IMG/VR virus record: IMGVR_UViG_3300049489_000321
Span: 32,001 to 96,000 of that record
Direction: 5' to 3' (one strand)
Origin: a virus
DNA: 64,000 bases
Numbering within the stretch: the first letter of the stretch is position 1; each line of letters opens with the position of its first letter. This document shows, one piece after another, positions 9,317 through 18,208 of this stretch. The translations under genes were made by a program, and so were the position numbers. The notes below the pieces were generated by a model that was given only the letters and a program-made list of their open reading frames with translations, had not been told where the DNA came from and did no database searches.

Positions 9317-9889
9317 ATGCGTAAATTAGAAATTCTCTGTGACTTAGATTCAGTAGTCGCAGATCTAATGACGGATTGGCTGTTTCTATATAACCAGGAA
9401 TACGCAGACAATCTTACTGTAGATAGAATTACAGAGTGGGACACTCATCTTTTCACCAAGGAAGCTTGTGGAGAGCGTATATACTCTTACCTTACGGCAG
9501 ACTTGTTTTCACGACTCAACCCACTTCCAGGCGCCGTAGAGGCTGTAACAACTATTGCTGACAAGCACACCGTGCATTTTATTACGGCGGCACCAGTAGG
9601 CACGGCTGACGCCAAAGTTGCTTGGGTAGAGAAGTATTTTCCTCACCTTAAGCACAATGTGTTCACAGGCAAGCACAAGTGGAAACTACGTGGTGATGTT
9701 TTAATCGATGATTACGATGAAAACATACTAAACTATAAGTTCTACAACCCAAATGCTAAAACAATTCTAATGGGTTATCCGTATAATGAAAAAAGCCACC
9801 AACACGAATCCGTAGATTTTGTGGTTGATGGCTCTAAACCCAAAGAAGCTTGGTCTGATATTATTTCTTATATCAGTTGGCTAGAGTAG
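9317..9889 (+). CDS. 5'(3')-deoxyribonucleotidase (HAD, NT5C family)
   Basis: CDLDSVVAD, P.PGA.EA, K..W..KYFP, LIDD, PYN. Confidence 0.9.
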   Translation: MRKLEILCDLDSVVADLMTDWLFLYNQEYADNLTVDRITEWDTHLFTKEACGERIYSYLTADLFSRLNPLPGAVEAVTTIADKHTVHFITAAPVGTADAKVAWVEKYFPHLKHNVFTGKHKWKLRGDVLIDDYDENILNYKFYNPNAKTILMGYPYNEKSHQHESVDFVVDGSKPKEAWSDIISYISWLE

Positions 9890-10273
9890 TTATTTACGGC
9901 TTCCATTACAATCGTAAGCCTTGCAACCATCGTTTTCGGTGCATTGGTGCTTGTTTGCAGTGCTAGTATCATTAGTACTAACTGAGATAGTACCGATAGT
10001 TGTGTCTGTGGTGGTTGGATACGTTAACGTCCAGCCCGCCTTACCGTCACACGAGCACTGATCCGTGTGTGGAGCGTTCATTTTGTCGCAACGAGGACAA
10101 AGCCATGCTTGCTTATCTGTAGTAAATTTAGGCCAATACTGTGGTGGTGTGTAGAATTTATAGTAATCTACTGGAGTGTGGTACGGGCACCTTTGTGGGA
10201 AGTCGCTTACTTGATTACATGGGCACACTAAATGTTGCACTTGTGGATAAAAGTTAGTTCCGTCACCAGTCAT
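9890..10273 (-). CDS. Cys-rich hypothetical protein
   Basis: W.CPRC..MNAP...C.C. Confidence 0.6.
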   Translation of the reverse strand: MTGDGTNFYPQVQHLVCPCNQVSDFPQRCPYHTPVDYYKFYTPPQYWPKFTTDKQAWLCPRCDKMNAPHTDQCSCDGKAGWTLTYPTTTDTTIGTISVSTNDTSTANKHQCTENDGCKAYDCNGSRK

Positions 10274-10274
10274 A

Positions 10275-10655
10275 TTAACCTCTTACTGAGTGCGTAGTGG
10301 TTTTATTACGCGCACCGTGACAAATTAGTTTAAAATCATTTGAATACAAAACTGTTTGTCCAAAAGGCACTTGTATGTTTGCACATTCTTTGTGTAATTC
10401 AACAAACTCCTCTTTAACTGTTATTAGGCTTTTATGACCAGCTGGATTGCACACTGTTGTGAGCAAGTTGAACAACACAAACATACTGTTACCGCAGCAG
10501 TGACAACACAACTCCAGAACGCCATCGTCTCCTAACATAACACCGTAATCAGTAACAATACTGTGTACATGTACATGCGGGTGCTTGGTAAAATACATAA
10601 CGCTAGAATTAGGTCTAGCCGTTAGTGCCGTACTAGAATTATCAAATACTTCCAT
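10275..10655 (-). CDS. hypothetical protein with CxxC/HxxC
   Basis: ORF coupled to neighbours. Confidence 0.6.
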   Translation of the reverse strand: MEVFDNSSTALTARPNSSVMYFTKHPHVHVHSIVTDYGVMLGDDGVLELCCHCCGNSMFVLFNLLTTVCNPAGHKSLITVKEEFVELHKECANIQVPFGQTVLYSNDFKLICHGARNKTTTHSVRG

Positions 10656-11338
10656 TATACTAGATCTTTCTCTGCGGCAACCAGTGCTAATGTTCTCTTT
10701 GTAACGTCGTCGGCTATCCCACTGTCAGCCAAATTCCAAGCTCGTTGGAAAGCTCCAATGGCAGCTTTTGATATTGGTCCTAGTTTGCCATCTATACTAC
10801 CATTATACAACTTTAGCCTAGCCAACTCTTCTTGAATTGTAAAACTATTTTGTTTAAAGTCTTTTTCGTATAATTCTAGTATTTTATACTCTATATATCC
10901 TGCGGTTGTTTTGACTTTAGTACTAATCTCTATTCCTATGCCTAAATGGTTGTAGTGCCAGTTTTCGGATTCCATCTTGTGATCTCGACGGTGGCAATAC
11001 CAAAATCTATCTTCCATCCAAGTATCTAATTCTTGTTTATTCTTCATTCCAAGATTTAACATTGTCTTTTTAACATCTATATCTATAGATAATCCAAAAT
11101 TATGACCACTGTACCCAGGCGGCTTGGCACCTCTACCGGATTTAACCGCCGCTAAAGAGGATTCTGGGGTTCTGAAGATGTCGCTGACTGTGGCTATGGG
11201 TGCTATGTGTGTTAAAAACGAATCTGCTACGGTTGGATGAAGATAAAGTGATCTTTCAGGCATCCTTCCCTTCACTCCGTTTATTGTATAAGACCCCTTA
11301 ACGCTATTTGTATCTAATTTGACAAGTTTTAATTTCAT
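10655..11338 (-). CDS. endolysin: M15-like Zn peptidase plus C-terminal peptidoglycan-binding domain
   Basis: FRT...SGHNFGLSIDI...ENWH (SxH..D..ExWH); IDGKLGP...FQRAWNL..GIAD..T. Confidence 0.85.
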   Translation of the reverse strand: MKLKLVKLDTNSVKGSYTINGVKGRMPERSLYLHPTVADSFLTHIAPIATVSDIFRTPESSLAAVKSGRGAKPPGYSGHNFGLSIDIDVKKTMLNLGMKNKQELDTWMEDRFWYCHRRDHKMESENWHYNHLGIGIEISTKVKTTAGYIEYKILELYEKDFKQNSFTIQEELARLKLYNGSIDGKLGPISKAAIGAFQRAWNLADSGIADDVTKRTLALVAAEKDLV

Positions 11339-11841
11339 TATTCAATTCCTAGCCATTTATCCCATAAATCAGAATATTTCTGATTAATAATCATTCTAAA
11401 ATAAGTAGGTACATACGTTTTTGTTATCAAACGCATGCCAGCTTCCTCTGGGGTTCTATTGCCCTTTTTTTGGTTACAAGATTTGCACGCAGTTACTATG
11501 TTTAGCCAGTCGTTTCCCTTGCCACCACGACTTTTTGGATAAACATGATCAAACGTAACGTCTTTTGGCTGCAATTTCTTTGTACAATAGCAACACTGGC
11601 TGTTGTCCCTAGTACACACCGCGTTTCTAGTAAACTTTGCTGTTCTTCGCTTTTTTTCGAAATAACTACGAAGGCGTATAACAGCTGGAATGTTCATCTC
11701 AATACTAGGACTTCTAGCTACTTCTTCATATTCTTCTAGAAGATCGGCTTTTTCTTTTAATAACAAGACCAATGCTTTTTGCCAACTAATCGAACAAACA
11801 GCTACGTAAGAACTATCAAGAAGCAGGGTCTTGTTATTCAT
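11338..11841 (-). CDS. HNH endonuclease (McrA-like)
   Basis: RD..CCYC, DHVYPKSRGG, N.VTACKSCNQKKG. Confidence 0.9.
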   Translation of the reverse strand: MNNKTLLLDSSYVAVCSISWQKALVLLLKEKADLLEEYEEVARSPSIEMNIPAVIRLRSYFEKKRRTAKFTRNAVCTRDNSQCCYCTKKLQPKDVTFDHVYPKSRGGKGNDWLNIVTACKSCNQKKGNRTPEEAGMRLITKTYVPTYFRMIINQKYSDLWDKWLGIE

Positions 11842-11844
11842 GGG

Positions 11845-12501
11845 TTATTCTAGAAAAGTGTTAATAGATTCCGCGTTAGCGATAAAAAACTGTCCAGTCA
11901 CTGGGGAAGGAAGACCAAACGGACTGCTCTCAGCGTACATGAAGATCATGATACCTACAAGCGCATTATCGTCGTCAACACACATTCCGCCTGACGAACC
12001 GAAGTACATATCCGCAGTGATTCTGTCTACGTCTTTAAACTTAGTAGCAATAGTACCTTTTGTCACACTTAAGTGAACTTCTCCGTCGTGTCTTTGATGA
12101 GGATATCCGACACACGTTACGTTTTCACCCACAAAGCTGTCAAAAGCTACCGGAGTAACAGGACCAGGGTTTCCTTCTACTTCAAGTAGTAGCAGATCAA
12201 AATCGACGCTTTTTCTTACTACTTTGGCTGGAAATTCTAGCTGATTTACGTTAACTACACTGATTTTACAGTTACCGCCTTCATCCATATGCGCAGCAGT
12301 TAGAACAGCGCTTTTTTTATTACTTAAATCACTGGAAATGATCACGCCGCTTCCTGATCCGGAACCATCGTCGCAATCTACCTTAACCTTAACAGCAGTG
12401 CTTGTTAGTAGTTCAATACGCCCTCGCTGCTCAGGCTTCTCTGGAACGGTGGCAATTACACAACTTGATAACAGTAAACAGACTAATGCCGCAAATTTCA
12501 T
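11845..12501 (-). CDS. trypsin-like serine protease, putative lipoprotein
   Basis: MKF...LLSSC lipobox; GSG, TAAH, DLLLL, GSSGG triad motifs. Confidence 0.85.
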   Translation of the reverse strand: MKFAALVCLLLSSCVIATVPEKPEQRGRIELLTSTAVKVKVDCDDGSGSGSGVIISSDLSNKKSAVLTAAHMDEGGNCKISVVNVNQLEFPAKVVRKSVDFDLLLLEVEGNPGPVTPVAFDSFVGENVTCVGYPHQRHDGEVHLSVTKGTIATKFKDVDRITADMYFGSSGGMCVDDDNALVGIMIFMYAESSPFGLPSPVTGQFFIANAESINTFLE

Positions 12502-12514
12502 ATACCTACTCCTA

Positions 12515-12748
12515 TTAGTTGAATATTGAAACAGATAGCATGGTTCCAATAAACAGTCCCAACAGGTAAGGGAATATCATTTTTCTATTATCAAATATAG
12601 CGGTATAGCCGATGATTGAAGGTAAAGCTATACCCAAAGAAGTGATACCAGACAAAAGTATCTCGTCGTTTTGTACACTTTTTATCCACGCGACATAAAA
12701 AAAGTCGATTACAAATCCGCACAAGAACTGTCTTGCATACCGGGTCAC
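12515..12748 (-). CDS. small membrane protein
   Basis: Three hydrophobic segments. Confidence 0.6.
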   Translation of the reverse strand: MTRYARQFLCGFVIDFFYVAWIKSVQNDEILLSGITSLGIALPSIIGYTAIFDNRKMIFPYLLGLFIGTMLSVSIFN

Positions 12749-13113
12749 TAGTTTATGAGTTTTTCCTTTTTAACTATTGAAGGAATTGAAGTATCTAGTC
12801 CAAAGTCATTGTCGTGACTTGAGTTGCGCTCCGCAAAATCAAAGTCAGGAAAATCAAGTTCCTGTCCGGTGTCGTCAGCGTGTTTTCTGCTTATTATTTC
12901 AGTAGCTTTTAATCCGTACACATCACCAACTTGTAGAATCGTATCAGTAACCCCGTCCAAATTTTGGACCAATTCAAGTACTCTAGAGTAGTCACCAGAC
13001 GCTATTATTTCATTGCCTTGTTTTGTTAAATCCACCGCATATTGGTGCAGTTCCGCTACTCTTTTAAACCACGAAACCAGTAGATCAGCTAACTCTTGGT
13101 CAAATTTATTCAT
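12748..13113 (-). CDS. hypothetical protein
   Basis: AAGGA RBS, ORF in operon. Confidence 0.65.
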   Translation of the reverse strand: MNKFDQELADLLVSWFKRVAELHQYAVDLTKQGNEIIASGDYSRVLELVQNLDGVTDTILQVGDVYGLKATEIISRKHADDTGQELDFPDFDFAERNSSHDNDFGLDTSIPSIVKKEKLIN

Positions 13114-13121
13114 TATTTCCT

Positions 13122-13544
13122 TTAGTTACTAGGTATTTGTATTTTTACAAATATACTATCTTCTGGGTAGAAGATCCCTTCTAGTCTACTATTTACGTGT
13201 GCTTTCTGTCTATTAAGTTGTTTTTCTAGATCAGAAGTAGTACTTAGTGGAGCCATAACCTTGTATAACTCCTTAATATCAGTATATAACAAGTCTAGTT
13301 GATATACACTAGTTTTATACATATTTGTATCGATTGATACAATTAAACTTCTATTTGCATAATCGTTACTAACCACAGTCCCACAGAACCTATTGTTCAT
13401 GTATTTAGTTAGGTTTTTAGGTAAAGAAGATTTTGTTTGTCCTAGTTTTTTTAAAAATATCTTATTAACTTTTTTATACCTATTAAGCTGTACGACAACA
13501 TTATCGCCAGGTACTACGTTTCTTATATGAAAAAATAGTGTCAT
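13122..13544 (-). CDS. hypothetical protein
   Basis: 140-aa ORF. Confidence 0.6.
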   Translation of the reverse strand: MTLFFHIRNVVPGDNVVVQLNRYKKVNKIFLKKLGQTKSSLPKNLTKYMNNRFCGTVVSNDYANRSLIVSIDTNMYKTSVYQLDLLYTDIKELYKVMAPLSTTSDLEKQLNRQKAHVNSRLEGIFYPEDSIFVKIQIPSN

Positions 13545-13587
13545 TTAACTTTTTAAATAACTTACAACAATGATACCACACAAGCAG

Positions 13588-14676
13588 CTAAATACGTATA
13601 AATTTCACTAAGTTCTGAAAACTCTTAATATCTACTGCACCTGCATACGTAATCGCGCTTCTTAACGCACCAGCGTAAGCATCTAATAGTTCTTCAACTG
13701 GCCCTGACGGCTCAAGTTTAATTGTTATACCTTCTGCAACGGTTCCTTTTTTAAGACCGCCCCGCCATTCGTTTTGAACAGCTAAGGAAGACATTCCAGA
13801 ATATATTCTTTTAGTTCTTAGACCGCACTCAGGGTCTACCCACCATTCTGCGGCGCTGTCTGTGCAAGCCGCAAAAATACTACCAGCCATGACTGCAGAA
13901 GCTCCTGCGCCTATGGCTTTACTAAAATCACCCGGTTCTCTAATTCCACCGTCGCTTATAATAGGCATTCCAAGTCGTTTAGCTTCCTCTTTAAACTTCA
14001 GTACAGCTGAAAACTGCTTTTCAGTAGCACCGGCAGTGTTTTTTGTGGAACAGGCAAGCCCTTGTCCTATACCGACTTTGACAGCATCAGCTACGCCGTC
14101 GTAATCATATAAAGCTTCTAAATTATTAACATTTCCTACAACAACTTTAACTTGTTCGGAATATGCTTTGTACGCAGCAGCGTCTTCGTAAACAGCATCT
14201 GACCAGCCGTGTGCAATATCGATAAACAAAATATTTACGCCTCGATCTATGAGGTTTCTACCAATTTTACGCTGCTCCGGTCCGACACCTACAGAAGCGG
14301 CAACCCACGGTGAATCACTCATTACCGACATTCTAGTAACTTCACGATAGTAGTCTTCTTCGTTAGCCCATGCGCGGTGCAATACCCCCATCGCACCTAA
14401 ACTTCGAATCTTCAGGGCGAATTCTGAGTCGATTACAGTGGACATGTTAGCAGCCATTAGAGGAATAGATAATTTAACTCCTCTAATGACTTCAGAACAT
14501 ATGTCGGCATCTAGACGACTTTTAAGTACATTCTTAGCTTGTGCGATGGCTACGTCTTCGAAACCAAGTGACTTATACAACAGTTTTGCGCTTGGATTTA
14601 CGCGCCACCCGCCATCTCCATCTGGAATAATTAAGTCAGATTTTTCTAATTCAATTAGTAAGTTATCTAGTTGCAT
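13588..14676 (-). CDS. IMP dehydrogenase/GMP reductase family, no CBS domains (probably GMP reductase)
   Basis: L.FEDV, AANM.TV, DIAHG, GNV, KVGIGQGLACST, DGGI, YSGMSS, AEG. Confidence 0.9.
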   Translation of the reverse strand: MQLDNLLIELEKSDLIIPDGDGGWRVNPSAKLLYKSLGFEDVAIAQAKNVLKSRLDADICSEVIRGVKLSIPLMAANMSTVIDSEFALKIRSLGAMGVLHRAWANEEDYYREVTRMSVMSDSPWVAASVGVGPEQRKIGRNLIDRGVNILFIDIAHGWSDAVYEDAAAYKAYSEQVKVVVGNVNNLEALYDYDGVADAVKVGIGQGLACSTKNTAGATEKQFSAVLKFKEEAKRLGMPIISDGGIREPGDFSKAIGAGASAVMAGSIFAACTDSAAEWWVDPECGLRTKRIYSGMSSLAVQNEWRGGLKKGTVAEGITIKLEPSGPVEELLDAYAGALRSAITYAGAVDIKSFQNLVKFIRI

Positions 14677-14848
14677 TTAACACTTTCTCAGCTTCTTTAT
14701 TTACAGGAGTTAATCGGTTTTTATGAATTACAATTTTTCTATTATTGAATAGTATCACACAATTATTTTTAGAGTCAGGACCAGAAACCAGATCACACTC
14801 TGTGTGTATTATCTCGGCGTTTACGCTGTTTATTAAACGACGTTTCAC
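14663..14848 (-). CDS. hypothetical protein
   Basis: Short ORF, start uncertain. Confidence 0.4.
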   Translation of the reverse strand: MKRRLINSVNAEIIHTECDLVSGPDSKNNCVILFNNRKIVIHKNRLTPVNKEAEKVLNATR

Positions 14849-14901
14849 TAAGATAATAGCCTTTACTTTTGGTGTTACCGCCCCAAGATATTGTCCTCCT
14901 A

Positions 14902-15261
14902 TTAATTAGTTTTTGGTTTATAATTCAATATAGTTGGAGGTTGAAAATTAGTAGTTCTTAGTTTGTAATCTATCTCAGAGTCGATTGCGTTGTCGCAAAG
15001 TTCTCTAAGCTTAAGTATGCTGTCGTGATTAAGCAAAACCGTGTCCCAATGTCCGCCGTCATTGGTTTTTCGTCTAAACACATATTTTATAGCGTACCAA
15101 ATTCTTTTATACCACGGAAGCCATTGATTTAGTTGTACTTCCATCGCCAGTATTGGTTGATAACCTTCATAATTTTCTTGAAAAAAAAGCACCGTATGAG
15201 CAGGAGACAAACAACTACATGTAACTGCTACGAAATTGTTACCAGTTGGAGATTTGTTCAT
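14902..15261 (-). CDS. hypothetical phage protein
   Basis: C.C...H; W.KRIWYAIKYVF; start inferred from promoter position. Confidence 0.7.
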   Translation of the reverse strand: MNKSPTGNNFVAVTCSCLSPAHTVLFFQENYEGYQPILAMEVQLNQWLPWYKRIWYAIKYVFRRKTNDGGHWDTVLLNHDSILKLRELCDNAIDSEIDYKLRTTNFQPPTILNYKPKTN

Positions 15262-15268
15262 TGCTACT

Positions 15269-15297
15269 AGCATATAACTTTGAAGCACTGCAGTCAA
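15269..15297 (-). promoter_or_regulatory. sigma70-type promoter, near-leaderless
   Basis: TTGACT-17-TATGCT, 7 nt before ATG at 15261. Confidence 0.6.
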
Positions 15298-15336
15298 CCA
15301 CAACGTAGGCGTAACTGTGTATGTATGTCTTAATAC

Positions 15337-15648
15337 ATGGACCTTAACCCTCTGGTAGACTTTTACGATTTACAAAGTAAGAAACATCACAAAATTTGGA
15401 AATTTAGTAATAAATACGGCATATCAGCTGTAAAACAACCTCCTGGCGAAGATGTTCGCGGAACAGACGGAACCACTTGGTCTGTGGCTGTCATTAAATT
15501 TTTTGGACCAGAGATCGATCAATTCGAGGTAGACTATAATAACTCTCTTTGTCGAGAACAAGGTGACTTATTCACGTTCGTACCAGACGAGCAACTCGAC
15601 GCTATCGTACTACTTGCTTCTAGGATGGAATGTCAAGATTTCAGCTAG
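15337..15648 (+). CDS. hypothetical phage protein
   Basis: F.N.YG.S.V...W.VAVI pattern. Confidence 0.65.
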   Translation: MDLNPLVDFYDLQSKKHHKIWKFSNKYGISAVKQPPGEDVRGTDGTTWSVAVIKFFGPEIDQFEVDYNNSLCREQGDLFTFVPDEQLDAIVLLASRMECQDFS

Positions 15649-16685
15649 CCATAGACAACCTCGATCTTCGAGATTGGATTGAGCAATACGCTACCACCCA
15701 GAGCATGGGTGGTAGTGAGTTTACGATTAAAGAATGTCCTAAGTGTTTAAACAATAAAAATAAACTTTATATCAACTCAAGTAAAAAGACATGGTTTTGC
15801 CAGAGGTGCGCTTGGGGTAAGGGCATCGGCGATATCACGATACTCATGGCAGAAGTGTCTGGGCGTAACCTGCACGACGTTAGAGTGGAGCTACTACAGA
15901 CCGTCGTACCTGCTACGTCTTCGGACGATTACCTGAACAGCCTAGGACGCGCTTTTGGCGAAGTTACGTCGTCAGACGACGACGACTTATTAAAAGACCT
16001 TATACTGCCTACAGAGCCTCCTGGTACACAGGACTGGGGATCGTTTGTAGGCAAGCAAGTACTCTCATATGCCAAAAAGCGTGGGCTAGATGAAGAATTG
16101 CTTAAATTTATCTCATGTAGAGTTGCCACGTCTTTGAATAACCGAACTGGACCGTTTTTGGTTTTTCCAGTTATTTTCAACGGAATGACAGTAAGCTGGC
16201 AAGGTCGTCGCATTAATTCAGGCAATCCAAAGTACATCAGTCACACCAACATCGGAGAATGGATATGGCCGTGTTCTAGTAACTACATTGAATCATTGAA
16301 AGAAAAAGGATCTACTGTTTTAGTAGAAGGCGTTTTTGACGCACTAGGCTGTATTTCAGCTGGCGTTGCGGCACAGTGTACATTTGGTAAAAATATTACA
16401 AACAAACAATTGAAATTACTAGTAAGTCAGGGGATTAAAACTGTATACTTAGGATGGGATCCCGGTACTTACCAAGATATCGTGAAAGCAGTAGACATGC
16501 TTTCTCCTATGTTTGACGTAAAAATACTTAACATAGAGCCTGTAGGTGATTCTGATAAAACCGACCCTGGTGACGTACTGACAGATAGATCACTTATACC
16601 GTGGATTACAGACGCCTATGAAAATGCTATGGACGCACACTCACCAGCCTATAACAAGTGGAGATTAACTAAGGAATTTAAATGA
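15630..16685 (+). CDS. DNA primase (Zn finger plus TOPRIM)
   Basis: CPKC...CQRC; WQGR; PKY; LVEGVFDAL; DPGD. Confidence 0.85.
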   Translation: MSRFQLAIDNLDLRDWIEQYATTQSMGGSEFTIKECPKCLNNKNKLYINSSKKTWFCQRCAWGKGIGDITILMAEVSGRNLHDVRVELLQTVVPATSSDDYLNSLGRAFGEVTSSDDDDLLKDLILPTEPPGTQDWGSFVGKQVLSYAKKRGLDEELLKFISCRVATSLNNRTGPFLVFPVIFNGMTVSWQGRRINSGNPKYISHTNIGEWIWPCSSNYIESLKEKGSTVLVEGVFDALGCISAGVAAQCTFGKNITNKQLKLLVSQGIKTVYLGWDPGTYQDIVKAVDMLSPMFDVKILNIEPVGDSDKTDPGDVLTDRSLIPWITDAYENAMDAHSPAYNKWRLTKEFK

Positions 16686-16942
16686 TTTACGTTGTATTTT
16701 ACGCTTATGACAATAGCCACGCACCTTCTGAAGTAGACCTAGATAAGTACACAAAGGTTGGAACGGTAAAGGCAGGTAGTCTTAGCGAGGCCATGCGCAA
16801 GTGGAGAGAAGGAAACTACATCCGTTGTCTAGGCGAACATCGCCCTCTTTTGACGGGCGATTTAGTCAGAGATCAGAACGATAAGTACTTTATCGTATCT
16901 CCGCTTTTTCAGTTTGCTAGCGTAACCCTTACTTCAAGGTAA
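16682..16942 (+). CDS. YodL-like small protein
   Basis: Y.KV.....HRPL.TGD.V resembles the YodL RSLSVSDV motif. Confidence 0.45.
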   Translation: MIYVVFYAYDNSHAPSEVDLDKYTKVGTVKAGSLSEAMRKWREGNYIRCLGEHRPLLTGDLVRDQNDKYFIVSPLFQFASVTLTSR

Positions 16943-16991
16943 TTTGTATATAACTATAAGTATTTGAATTCTTTTGTAGGAAATTATTTAC

Positions 16992-17022
16992 TTGACAAGA
17001 TCCAGTGGACCCCCCTTATAAT
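16992..17022 (+). promoter_or_regulatory. consensus -35/-10 with 19-bp spacer
   Basis: TTGACA(16992)-19-TATAAT(17017); spacer suboptimal. Confidence 0.4.
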
Positions 17023-17089
17023 CCCCCCGGGAGGCAGGTTGGTCAGACCAAAATAAAACACGTTGAATTCACCAATTGATGATTTAAAC

Positions 17090-17229
17090 GCGGCAACGTA
17101 GTTGCCGCATTCCTCCGAAGGAGTTAGCGTTAATTCAATGGATTTAAGCATAGGTCTATATTGAATCTGAGTACCTTATCGCTTATTGACGCCGCCTGCG
17201 GCGGCGAATACCCACCTTCGGTGGGTATT
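17090..17229. repeat. array of four perfect hairpins with C(GNA)G triloops; candidate origin or ncRNA
   Basis: Stems at 17090-17108, 17113-17123, 17190-17206 and 17207-17229. Confidence 0.8.
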
Positions 17230-17236
17230 TTTTATT
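17207..17236 (+). terminator. putative intrinsic terminator
   Basis: AATACCCACC-TTC-GGTGGGTATT followed by T-rich tract. Confidence 0.6.
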
Positions 17237-17288
17237 TACTTTTATATAATAAAAATCATTATTATTAAGTATTTACATATTTTCATCG

Positions 17289-17317
17289 TTGTAATGTGTA
17301 AAAAACTGTTGTATCTT
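17289..17317 (+). promoter_or_regulatory. promoter, near-leaderless
   Basis: TTGTAA-17-TATCTT, 7 nt before ATG 17325; no SD. Confidence 0.45.
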
Positions 17318-17324
17318 TAGCTCC

Positions 17325-17573
17325 ATGAAACCTAGCAAAGACATAAGTAAACCGGCTAGGACTGCTAAATCAATTATAGAACGGTACGGTTTTGACCGTT
17401 TTATGTACCTTTTGAGGGGTTTTGAAAAAGGAGTCTCTACAAAGGACATTTGTAAAACACTAGGCGTTCAACCAACTACTGTTGCGTACTGGAAAAAACA
17501 ACTAGGTAAAAGCGTAACACTTTATATAATAGATCCTGGTGTGGTGTCTGTTATAAACAAGGAATTAAAGTAA
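17325..17573 (+). CDS. helix-turn-helix DNA-binding protein
   Basis: G.STKDICKTLGVQPTTVAYWK. Confidence 0.7.
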   Translation: MKPSKDISKPARTAKSIIERYGFDRFMYLLRGFEKGVSTKDICKTLGVQPTTVAYWKKQLGKSVTLYIIDPGVVSVINKELK

Positions 17574-17577
17574 ATTA

Positions 17578-17606
17578 TTGACTTTTTTGGCAATTAGTGT
17601 GACAAT
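17578..17606 (+). promoter_or_regulatory. putative promoter
   Basis: TTGACT-17-GACAAT, 9 nt before ATG 17616. Confidence 0.45.
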
Positions 17607-17615
17607 TTATCGAGC

Positions 17616-17777
17616 ATGCCAGAGTTTGTTTGTTCGTTTTGCGGCAAAGAACTCTATACATCAAGGTTAACTGTTGTGCTGTGTACTTGTGAAGGTTTTC
17701 TACGCAACGAACACGCTAGACGCGAGTCGCACAATAGACCTGTTCCACGTGGCAAGAAAAAGTCCAGTTACAGATGA
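17616..17777 (+). CDS. small Zn-finger protein (53 aa, not in ORF track)
   Basis: MPEFVCSFCGKELY...CTCEG...; ATGA overlap with 17774. Confidence 0.55.
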   Translation: MPEFVCSFCGKELYTSRLTVVLCTCEGFLRNEHARRESHNRPVPRGKKKSSYR

Positions 17778-18208
17778 TTATTAAAGACAATAGATTGCCT
17801 GATAGATTTTGGAGTAAAGTAAAATTGTATGAACCCACGCAATGTTGGGTTTGGACCGCTAGTTTAAACAATAAGGGTTATGCTAAATTTAGATGGAATG
17901 ATAAAATATCTTTAGGCCATATAGTTTGCTATAAGATATTAGTAGGCGAAATACCTGATGGATTGTGCCTAGATCATGTAAAATCTAGAGGATGTATATT
18001 CCGTTGTTGCGTTAACCCCGCGCATCTAGAACCTGTAACACAAGGTGAAAATTGTGCAAGAGCAAGGAAAACACATTGTAAAAGAGGACATGAATTAGTA
18101 GGAGAAAATCTTCTTTTACAACCAACAGGCAAACGTTGCAAAAAATGTCTTAGTATGTTGAATAGAATGTATTATTTAAAAGGAAAAAATAACAACTATG
18201 AGCTTTAA
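17774..18208 (+). CDS. HNH homing-type endonuclease
   Basis: RFWSKV, CWVW, LDH...CVNPAHLEPVTQGEN, KTHCKRGH; AT-rich. Confidence 0.9.
   Translation: MIIKDNRLPDRFWSKVKLYEPTQCWVWTASLNNKGYAKFRWNDKISLGHIVCYKILVGEIPDGLCLDHVKSRGCIFRCCVNPAHLEPVTQGENCARARKTHCKRGHELVGENLLLQPTGKRCKKCLSMLNRMYYLKGKNNNYEL

Noticed and set aside
15630-16685. Primase inactive because DxD reads DPG
   Set aside because: Other TOPRIM acidic residues are present and this position varies in phage primases; insufficient evidence
16943-17324. CRISPR array or tRNA in the hairpin-rich intergenic region
   Set aside because: Stems differ in sequence, there are no equal repeats with spacers, and no cloverleaf with T-loop or CCA is visible
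17774-18208. Group I intron around the HNH gene
   Set aside because: Flanking ORFs are complete and directly coupled, leaving no room for an intron core; treated as a free-standing HNH
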